Made by a program: the position numbers and the translations under genes. From contig JALVVK010000127.1 in the NCBI GenBank assembly GCA_027023445.1, positions 10,615-74,614 of the forward strand: DNA of 64,000 nt. The letters are read 5' to 3'. The notes under the pieces were generated by a model that was not told the DNA's origin, made no database searches, and saw only the letters and a list, made by a program, of their open reading frames with translations. Position 1 is the stretch's first letter. Each line of letters starts with the position of its first letter. Of the stretch, positions 56,853-64,000 are shown piece by piece. The DNA is from Deltaproteobacteria bacterium. GTDB taxonomy: Bacteria > Desulfobacterota > Dissulfuribacteria > Dissulfuribacterales > JALVPX01.

Positions 56853-57611
56853 TTAACTGCATAATAAACCACCGTTCACATGAAGCACGTGTCCGGTGAT
56901 GTATGACGCATGCTCCGAGGCCAGAAAGGCCACGGCGTCCGCCACCTCTTCAGGCCTGCCGAGCCGACCGGAAGGTATCTGGCCCAGAAGCTGGTCCTTT
57001 ACCTTTTCCGGCAGCACGGCCGTCATGTCCGTTTCAATGAATCCCGGAGCCACAACATTGGCCGTGATCCCCCTTGGAGCCACCTCTCTCGCCAGGGCCC
57101 TGGTGAAGCCCTCAATCCCCGCCTTGGCTGCCGCATAGTTACACTGGCCGGCATTACCCATGGAGCCTACTACCGATCCAATATTTATGATCCTGCCCCA
57201 TCGCTGTTTCAGCATATTCATGAGGACAGGCTGTGTACAGTTATATATCCCTTTCAGATTTACGGACATAACCCTGTCCCAGTGTTCTTCCTTCATGCGA
57301 GCCAGAAGGCCGTCTCTGGTGATACCCGCATTGTTGACCAATATATGGATGGCCCCCTGTTCCTTGATCAGTCCCTTAAGGGCCTTGGCACTGGCATCCC
57401 TGTCTGACACGTCAAAGGGAAGAAGGGATGCCTGTCCCCCCTCCCGGATAATTTCATCCACCACGTCCCGGGCCGCGTTCTCATTGCTCACGTAATTTAT
57501 AAAAACCCTGGCTCCAAGTCCGGCAAGCCTTCTGGAAATTGCCCTGCCAATTCCCCTGGAACCTCCGGTTACCACCGCGATCCTGTCTTTCAAGCCTTGA
57601 TTGCAACACAT
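56853..57611 (-). CDS. fabG: 3-oxoacyl-ACP reductase
   Basis: VTGGSRGIG, NNAG and YAAAK SDR motifs, in fab-cluster context. Confidence 0.9.
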   Translation of the reverse strand: MCCNQGLKDRIAVVTGGSRGIGRAISRRLAGLGARVFINYVSNENAARDVVDEIIREGGQASLLPFDVSDRDASAKALKGLIKEQGAIHILVNNAGITRDGLLARMKEEHWDRVMSVNLKGIYNCTQPVLMNMLKQRWGRIINIGSVVGSMGNAGQCNYAAAKAGIEGFTRALAREVAPRGITANVVAPGFIETDMTAVLPEKVKDQLLGQIPSGRLGRPEEVADAVAFLASEHASYITGHVLHVNGGLLCS

Positions 57612-57645
57612 AATCCCTGAACCCGGCCTTTCTCTCTCCCGCGCC

Positions 57646-58698
57646 TCAGCAACGGCGCTCCTTTATACTTTTAATCAAAAGAGGAAGAATCTGTTTGACA
57701 TCTCCCACAATCCCGTATGTTGCCATGTCAAAAATGGGTGCGTTCGGATCCTTGTTTACCGCCACAATAATCTCTGAGGCCCTTATGCCTACCGTGTGAT
57801 GGATAGCTCCGGACACACCAAGTCCTATGTAGAGCTTCGGGGATATGGTCACCCCGGTCTGGCCGATCTGAAAGTTTTCAGAGGCCCATCCGGCATCCAC
57901 CACCGGGCGGGTCGCGCCTATACATCCCCCGAGAAGGCTGGCAAGCTCCTGCGCCATGTTTACATATTCCTCGGATTCAACGCCCCTGCCAATGGTTACA
58001 ACGACATCGCTCTGGCAAATGTCCGGACCCTGAATCTCTTCATGAATGGATTCAAGTACCCGGATTCCACTGCTCAAAAGGTCCTGACCCGGTTCGTAAC
58101 GCGTAATGCTGCCTTTTCTGGATCTGTCTTCAGGCAGAGGCTTCAGTACATGAGGCCTTACGGTAGCCATCTGGGGCCTGTGAGCCGGGCAGACAATACC
58201 TGCCATGAGATTGCCGCCAAAGGTCGGCCTTGTCTGGACGAGGACGTTGTTTTCGTTTATGTCCAGGCCCATGCAATCCGCCGTAAGTCCTGTTTCCAGC
58301 ATGGTCGCCACCCTGGGGATGTAGGCTCGTCCGGTAGTGGTTGATGGGGCCAGTATTATCTCCGGTCTGTCCAGCCTCGCAAGGGCGGCTATTACGTCTC
58401 CATAAACCTGATCCCTGAAATCAGCCAGCTCCGGATGGTCCAGTACCAGTACCCGGTCAGCGCCCCGGGAAACCGCGTCCTGTATCTGGTCTTCCGGAAG
58501 GCCGTGGCCCAGCAGTACGCAGGCCAGATCCACCCCAAGCCGGTCTGAAAGCTCCCTGCCCTTGGACAGAAGTTCCGCGGTTACGGCGGGAAATTCTCCC
58601 TGTGCGGGTTCTGAAATCACCCAGACTCCCTTCCACGCATTCAGATCCCTGGGGTCAGGGGGTGAAGCGGTATCCTTGGAAAGCACTATCTGAGACAT
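57646..58698 (-). CDS. etfA: Electron transfer flavoprotein alpha subunit
   Basis: C-terminal GVSGAIHHTVGIRASEIIVAVNKDPNAPIF...YGIVGD FAD-binding signature. Confidence 0.9.
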   Translation of the reverse strand: MSQIVLSKDTASPPDPRDLNAWKGVWVISEPAQGEFPAVTAELLSKGRELSDRLGVDLACVLLGHGLPEDQIQDAVSRGADRVLVLDHPELADFRDQVYGDVIAALARLDRPEIILAPSTTTGRAYIPRVATMLETGLTADCMGLDINENNVLVQTRPTFGGNLMAGIVCPAHRPQMATVRPHVLKPLPEDRSRKGSITRYEPGQDLLSSGIRVLESIHEEIQGPDICQSDVVVTIGRGVESEEYVNMAQELASLLGGCIGATRPVVDAGWASENFQIGQTGVTISPKLYIGLGVSGAIHHTVGIRASEIIVAVNKDPNAPIFDMATYGIVGDVKQILPLLIKSIKERRC

Positions 58699-58699
58699 C

Positions 58700-59488
58700 T
58701 TATATTACCCCTGCCTCTTTCAGCCGTTCCATGAGAGTGCCAACCTGTTCCTCAGGGCTGCCTGAAAGGATCTCCCGCCTGGCTTCGAAAGAGGGAATCC
58801 ATGTAGACTTGACCCTCGTGGGCGAACCCTTGAGCCCCGTACGTTCAGGATCTGCCCCAAGGTCTTCGAGGCCCCATACGGGTACCGTTGTCTTTTTGGC
58901 CCGCATTTTACCCCTGAGTGACGGGACCCTCGGGTCGTTTAAGGAGGGATGAACGGTTATAAGCGCGGGCAATCTGAGCTCCAGCAGGTCGCGGCCGTTA
59001 TCAGTCATTCTTGTAAGCTGGAGCAGACCTTCTGACACGTTTGGCCCAATTTCTGAGACACATGTTACGCTGGGGACATTAAGCCTGGCGGCAAGGCCCG
59101 GACCTACCTGGGCCGTATCGCCGTCAACAGCCTGCTTACCACAGATAACAAGGTCAAAGGAGCCGATTTTTTTTATGGCTTTCGCCAGGACATAGGTGGT
59201 AGCCAGGGTATCCGCGCCGGCAAAGGCACGGTCTGAAAGCAGGACCACGTCGTCCACCCCAAGGCTTATGGCATCCCGCAGCGCCTGCTCCGCCTGGGGA
59301 GGCCCCATGGTGACAGCCGTTATCCTGGCGCCAAGGCTGTCTTTCAGGGTAAGGGCCGCCTCTATGGCATGAAGGTCAGGCGGATTTATTATCGCGCCAA
59401 CACCTTCCCTTATAAGGATGCCCTTTTCTGAATCAAATTTGATGGCCTCTGTGTCAGGGACCTGTTTTATGCATACAATTATGTTCAT
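58700..59488 (-). CDS. etfB: Electron transfer flavoprotein beta subunit
   Basis: MNIIVCIKQVPDTE start. 262 aa. Confidence 0.9.
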   Translation of the reverse strand: MNIIVCIKQVPDTEAIKFDSEKGILIREGVGAIINPPDLHAIEAALTLKDSLGARITAVTMGPPQAEQALRDAISLGVDDVVLLSDRAFAGADTLATTYVLAKAIKKIGSFDLVICGKQAVDGDTAQVGPGLAARLNVPSVTCVSEIGPNVSEGLLQLTRMTDNGRDLLELRLPALITVHPSLNDPRVPSLRGKMRAKKTTVPVWGLEDLGADPERTGLKGSPTRVKSTWIPSFEARREILSGSPEEQVGTLMERLKEAGVI

Positions 59489-59504
59489 GCCGTTTCCGTA
59501 AGGG

Positions 59505-60668
59505 CTACTTTTTGGCGTATTCGCTGTTTAACGCCTTGCCTATGACATTGCGCAAAATCTGGCTTGTGCCCTCGTAGATCTGGAGAACCTTGGCGTCTCT
59601 CATCATTTTTTCCACGGGACATTCCTTCATGTAACCGTAACCGCCCATGATCTGCACCGCGTCCACGGCAACCTTCATGGCCGTTTCCGTTGGAAAAAGC
59701 TTGGCCATGGCGGCAATCTTGGAGATGTTTTTAGATCCTGAATCAATGGTGCGGGCAACGGAGTAAATCAGTGCCCTGGAGGCCTCTATTTCGGTTGCCA
59801 TGTCGGCCAGCATGTGCTGGATGGCCTGAAAAGAGATTATGGGCTGCCCGAACTGAACTCTCTGCCTGGCATACCTGGCCGCTTCATCCAGCGCCGCCTG
59901 GGCAAGCCCCACTCCGACAGCCCCGATACCCGGCCTGGCCAGGTCCAGGGTCCTCATGGCAATGATAAAGCCCTGTCCCCGCCGGCCAAGGATGCGATCC
60001 TTCGGGATACGGCAATCATCAAAAAACAATTCTCTGGTAGAAGATGCCCTAAGGCCCATCTTCCTTTCCTTTTTGCCAAAGCTGAATCCCGCATCACCCT
60101 TTTCCACAATAAAGGCGGACGCGCCCCGTGCTCCCTTGTGTTTGTCAGTTTTGGCAATGATGGTATATATTTCAGCCTCACCACCATTGGTAATCCATTG
60201 TTTGGAGCCATTCAGGACCCAGAAGTCTCCATCCTCTTCAGCAGTAGTCTGTATGCCGGCGGCATCACTCCCAGCGTTGGCCTCTGTGAGTCCGAAGGCC
60301 GCGAGCTTTTTCCCTGATGCAATCTCAGGCAGGTATTTCTTTTTCTGCTCCTCCGAGCCAAACAGCAGTATCGGATAACCACCAAGGGCGCTGGCCGCAT
60401 AGGTGGTTGTTATCGCGATACAACCATGTGCCAGATGTTCCAGGGCCAGGCAGATTTCAAGGGATCCTCCTCCCATTCCACCATATTCCTCCGGGATAAA
60501 GAGTCCAAAAAGGTCTGCCTGCGCCAGGTCCTTAATTATGGCCCAGGGGAATTCCTCGTTTTCATCCAGTTCGTTTCTTACGGGGATGATCTTTTCCTCG
60601 ACGATCTGCCTTGCGAGATCTATTATCATCTGTTGTTCTTCAGTTAAGAAATAATTTACCTGGGTCAT
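59505..60668 (-). CDS. Acyl-CoA dehydrogenase (short-chain/butyryl-CoA dehydrogenase-like)
   Basis: 387 aa. Contains GLTEANAGSD and QIYEGTSQI (catalytic Glu region). Confidence 0.88.
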   Translation of the reverse strand: MTQVNYFLTEEQQMIIDLARQIVEEKIIPVRNELDENEEFPWAIIKDLAQADLFGLFIPEEYGGMGGGSLEICLALEHLAHGCIAITTTYAASALGGYPILLFGSEEQKKKYLPEIASGKKLAAFGLTEANAGSDAAGIQTTAEEDGDFWVLNGSKQWITNGGEAEIYTIIAKTDKHKGARGASAFIVEKGDAGFSFGKKERKMGLRASSTRELFFDDCRIPKDRILGRRGQGFIIAMRTLDLARPGIGAVGVGLAQAALDEAARYARQRVQFGQPIISFQAIQHMLADMATEIEASRALIYSVARTIDSGSKNISKIAAMAKLFPTETAMKVAVDAVQIMGGYGYMKECPVEKMMRDAKVLQIYEGTSQILRNVIGKALNSEYAKK

Positions 60669-60755
60669 TGTGAAATCCTTTCGTAATGATTTCAGGAACC
60701 GCGGGAAAATAATAACACCGTATCTTACTTTAATCTTATAGCTGTAAAACTGTCA

Positions 60756-61739
60756 CTACCAGCGCATCGCCACAGAACCCCATGTGAACCCTCCTCCAAA
60801 TGCAACCATGAGAAGATTCATCCCGGGCGTAAGGATACCTGAACGGTTGGCCTCATCCAGTGCTATTGGAATGCTTGCCGCAGAGGTATTACCATACTTG
60901 TGGATATTGATAAAGACCTTTTCCCTTGATAATCCAAGCCTTTCACGCATATGTTCCAGTATCCGCATGTTTGCCTGATGAGATATGAGCAGGTCCACGT
61001 CTTCACCTGTGAAGCCGTTGGCCTCAAGGGCCTCCCACGCAACGGCCTCAAGTGCCCTGACCGCATGCCTGAACACATCCCTTCCCTGCATCTGTATATA
61101 CTGCCATCCCTTTTCCAGGACTTCTGGCGTGAGGGGAACCGCTGTGCCGAGGGCCTTTATGGTGAGAAGCTCCCAGAGCGTTCCGTCGGCATGCAGATGG
61201 GTGGAAAGAATGCCCCGATCCCCCTTTTCCCCGGCAACTACCGCGGCACCAGCGCCATCGCCAAACAACACGCATGTACCCCGGTCTTTCCAGTTAACTC
61301 TTCTGGAAAGCACCTCGCTGCCTACCACGAGAATCTTTAACCGCTGATTGTCCTTTATGAATTTATCAGCAATGGACAAACCATATAAAAACCCCGAACA
61401 CGTGGCCGACAGGTCAAAGGCCCCCGCCTTTTCCGCGCCGAGTTCCCTCTGAACAAGACACGCCACAGACGGCATGGGCATATCAGGCGACATGGTCCCC
61501 ACGATAATAAGATCCAGATCCCGGGCACGGATACCGGCCATTTCAAGGGCCTCCTTTGAGGCCTCCGCCGCAAGATAGGAATTGGTTTCCCCCTCTCCAG
61601 CTATGTAGCGCTGATGGATCCCGGTTCGGGTGCGTATCCATTCGTCGCTGGTATCCACCATGCGTTCAAGATCCTTGTTGGTTAAAACCTGGCTGGGCAG
61701 CTTTGCCCCTGTCCCGATGATTACAGAGCGAACAGGCAT
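60756..61739 (-). CDS. fabH: 3-oxoacyl-ACP synthase III
   Basis: Active-site Cys in ATCSGF, HQAN and GNTSAAS motifs. Confidence 0.93.
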   Translation of the reverse strand: MPVRSVIIGTGAKLPSQVLTNKDLERMVDTSDEWIRTRTGIHQRYIAGEGETNSYLAAEASKEALEMAGIRARDLDLIIVGTMSPDMPMPSVACLVQRELGAEKAGAFDLSATCSGFLYGLSIADKFIKDNQRLKILVVGSEVLSRRVNWKDRGTCVLFGDGAGAAVVAGEKGDRGILSTHLHADGTLWELLTIKALGTAVPLTPEVLEKGWQYIQMQGRDVFRHAVRALEAVAWEALEANGFTGEDVDLLISHQANMRILEHMRERLGLSREKVFINIHKYGNTSAASIPIALDEANRSGILTPGMNLLMVAFGGGFTWGSVAMRW

Positions 61740-61785
61740 TTTAGTCGAATAAACTCCTGGTCCATGTTAATTAGGTTGTTTGTAG

Positions 61786-62799
61786 TTAATCCACCTGAGC
61801 AACCGAAAGCTCCCGGGCACTGGAAAAGGCGCCTTCTATCCGGTGGGTCAGGTCAATATCGGCCATTTCATGGGCCACGCGTACCGCGTTTTTTACCGCC
61901 CTCGGGCTTGAACGGCCATGACAGATAATACCTACGCCGTTAACACCCAGGAGAGGGGCACCTCCGTATTCGGCATAATCCACTCTCCTGCGGAAATGTC
62001 TGAAGGCTGAGCTGGCCAGCGCATACCCCATTTTGGCCATGAAACTTCCTCCAAGTTCGGCCTTTAGCATGGTAAGTATGGATTCTGCAAGCCCTTCGCT
62101 CAATTTAAGGCAGATGTTGCCCACAAATCCGTCACAGACAATGACATCTACATCCCCCTTGAACACATCCCTGCCTTCCACGTTGCCTACAAAATTAAGG
62201 TCACTTGATTCAAGAAGATCGTATGCCCTTTTGACCTGAAGGTTGCCCTTTGTGTCCTCTTCACCAATGCTCAAAAGGCCTACCCTGGGCCTGGGCTTAT
62301 TGAGGAGCGCTTCAAGAAATACCGATCCCATTACCCCGAACTGCAACAGGTGACGGGGCTTGCAATCGACATTCGCCCCCACGTCAATCATGACCACGGG
62401 ATCCTTCAGCGTGGGCATCATGGTGGCGATTGCCGGGCGTACATTTTTTATCCGTCCAAGGGTAAACATGGCCGTGGCCAGGGTTGCGCCTGAGTTGCCG
62501 GCGCTTACTACCGCATCCGCGCTTCCGGCCCGAACCAGCTCAAAGGCGACACGTACAGAGGAATCCTTTTTGTGCCTGAGGGCATCAGAGGGGGATTCGT
62601 TCATCTCCACTACCTGAGAGGCTTCATGGATATGAACAGGCAAATCAGCGGCGCCGCAACCTTTAAGCTCGCGGGCGAGTTCCTGCTCTTTCCCCACAAG
62701 GATTACATCTATTCCCCACTCACGGGCGGCTGCAACGGCCCCCTCAACCAGGGGAGCCGGCCCGCTGTCTCCGCCCATGGCGTCTACGGCTACACTCAT
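61786..62799 (-). CDS. plsX: Phosphate acyltransferase PlsX
   Basis: AVDAMGGD start region. 337 aa. Lies in rpmF-plsX-fabH context. Confidence 0.93.
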   Translation of the reverse strand: MSVAVDAMGGDSGPAPLVEGAVAAAREWGIDVILVGKEQELARELKGCGAADLPVHIHEASQVVEMNESPSDALRHKKDSSVRVAFELVRAGSADAVVSAGNSGATLATAMFTLGRIKNVRPAIATMMPTLKDPVVMIDVGANVDCKPRHLLQFGVMGSVFLEALLNKPRPRVGLLSIGEEDTKGNLQVKRAYDLLESSDLNFVGNVEGRDVFKGDVDVIVCDGFVGNICLKLSEGLAESILTMLKAELGGSFMAKMGYALASSAFRHFRRRVDYAEYGGAPLLGVNGVGIICHGRSSPRAVKNAVRVAHEMADIDLTHRIEGAFSSARELSVAQVD

Positions 62800-62802
62800 T
62801 AT

Positions 62803-62988
62803 TTAGATGTCGTCTTCCCTGTCAGTAAAATTTTTTCCTCTATATGTGCCGCAATGGGGACATACCCTGTGCGGAAGTTTGGGCTCTGTGCACTGAGGAC
62901 ACGTGGACATGCTCTGGACACGGATTCCGTCGTGCGCGCGACGCTTCCCGCGCCTTGATCTGGATGTTTTTCTCTTTGGAACTGCCAT
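62803..62988 (-). CDS. rpmF: 50S ribosomal protein L32
   Basis: [19 protein letters not shown]... with a CxxC...CxxC zinc ribbon. Confidence 0.96.
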   Translation of the reverse strand: MAVPKRKTSRSRRGKRRAHDGIRVQSMSTCPQCTEPKLPHRVCPHCGTYRGKNFTDREDDI

Positions 62989-63013
62989 TTCGGATCTACC
63001 TCCAGTTTAAATT

Positions 63014-63628
63014 CTATTTAATCGGCTGTTTGCCGGAAACACTTATTTTTTTGAGGACGGCAAATGGATTTTCCGGTTTGCGGGAATGACACGCACATTT
63101 TTCTCTGTTCAGATCCGCGCCGCATATTGGACACAGCCCGCGGCAATCCTCCCTGCAAAGATGTTTCATGGGAATCTGCAGAAGGATCTGTTCTCTGAAC
63201 AGATCCGCAAGAGGCACCTCAATGCCATCAAAAAAGGAAATTTCCATGTCCTCGTCTTTGAGCTCGATCTGCTCTTTGATCTCTGATACAGGCCGGCCCA
63301 GAAGGATGTATGAAAATTTTATTCTTATGTTCCTGTTAAAGTCCGTCAGGCACCGATCACATATCAGGCCGATTTCAGCGGCAACCTCGCCTTGCAGATA
63401 AACGCCACCTCGAATTTTCTGTAAAAAGGCCGTTCCTGCCACGGTGGACACCGCCTTACAGTCATCCGTGTCGGCAAACAGCCCCGGCATATCATCGTAG
63501 GCCCGGTGAAGGCCGCCTTCCGGAATATCTTCCACCAGGACCGTTTCCCTGAAGGTTTCCTGTATCTTCACTGGATGAAGGCTGCGTTTTGCTGTTGTCA
63601 TTTCAGGAAAAATATCTTTAAAAAACAT
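63014..63628 (-). CDS. DUF177 (YceD-like) protein
   Basis: Canonical position upstream of rpmF. C-terminal CREDCRGLCPICGADLN motif. Confidence 0.85.
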   Translation of the reverse strand: MFFKDIFPEMTTAKRSLHPVKIQETFRETVLVEDIPEGGLHRAYDDMPGLFADTDDCKAVSTVAGTAFLQKIRGGVYLQGEVAAEIGLICDRCLTDFNRNIRIKFSYILLGRPVSEIKEQIELKDEDMEISFFDGIEVPLADLFREQILLQIPMKHLCREDCRGLCPICGADLNREKCACHSRKPENPFAVLKKISVSGKQPIK

Positions 63629-63783
63629 CTAATTCCGTTGTTTCCAATAACCCGGACGACGAATGCCGGGAATATTTCCAGAGCATTCAGCTTATTCCCG
63701 GATTTTTAACATGAATCCCCTACTATAAAAAGGGATTAGGGCTTGTCAAGCAAAATGACTTTCGGGTTGGTCTTTTATATCAT

Positions 63784-64000
63784 CCCGGATTATGCAGCCC
63801 GCAAGTTTGCCGAAGATGCAAGGCGACGGGCACGCAGACGTACTTGTGTACTTCAAGTGTCCGACAAGGCGGCAGATTCGGTAAATTTGCGGGTCCCTTG
63901 TGGCTTCAAGTGCCTGAGATGTAACACTGGAGGAAACCGCACCTTTTAGGTGAACAAAATGTCTGGCTGGATTGCGGCTAAGTCTTTAATTGTTCGACCA
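63784..64000 (+). repeat. Family A repeat, copy A2 (3' end outside window)
   Basis: By hand count, 18 substitutions and no indels against 36926-37142 over about 215 nt. Confidence 0.9.

Overview
This is a 64-kb chromosomal window, densely coding with about 60 protein genes. From gene content alone it looks like an anaerobic Desulfobacterota-type (deltaproteobacterial) genome.

Recognisable content, in order:
- lysS and a lolC/E-type permease.
- A GldA/F/G-like ABC exporter with a DUF4340 gene.
- tRNA-Pro(GGG).
- A SpeH-like/SpeE pair and a PAS histidine kinase.
- A small accessory-looking cluster: prenyltransferase-repeat protein, Nudix, and a B12 radical-SAM protein with TPR repeats.
- Long-form hflX.
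- A contiguous minus-strand block running HNH, then six PEP-CTERM-type EPS genes (export protein, beta-barrel OMP, chain-length determinant, AAA ATPase, BY-kinase, priming sugar transferase), then glmS, an epimerase and ugd.
- An operon of HDOD, Tpt1-like, M48/TPR peptidase and lspA.
- CIRCE-controlled groES-groEL.
- gatB-mtnA, a GAF protein and an orphan mreB paralog.
- suhB and a Nudix gene, a GGDEF response regulator and an NtrC-type activator.
- uppP followed by an HtrA-like gene, then nagZ and a ClC channel remnant.
- glyA-dCMP deaminase-nrdR-ribD on the minus strand.
- yceD-rpmF-plsX-fabH-[acd-etfB-etfA]-fabG-acpP-fabF-rpiB on the minus strand.

I saw no CRISPR array, rRNA, transposase, integrase or phage genes.

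The signals least explained by the gene annotation are:
1. Two families of intergenic repeats. Family A is about 255-264 bp, has terminal inverted repeats and carries two long helices. The helices are kept by compensatory substitutions and pair fully on only one strand because of G-U asymmetry, which suggests a structured RNA or non-autonomous element that I cannot name. Family B is a mosaic hairpin element with TTCATGC...GCATGAA arms.
2. Three enzyme homologs whose catalytic residues are visibly replaced: a SpeH-like protein coupled to speE, an HtrA-like protein coupled to uppP, and a Tpt1/KptA-like protein with a lysine-rich tail.
3. An HNH nuclease gene placed 3 nt upstream of the EPS export gene.
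4. An acd-etfBA module sitting where fabD is expected.

All family assignments come from reading motifs by eye. No database search was possible.
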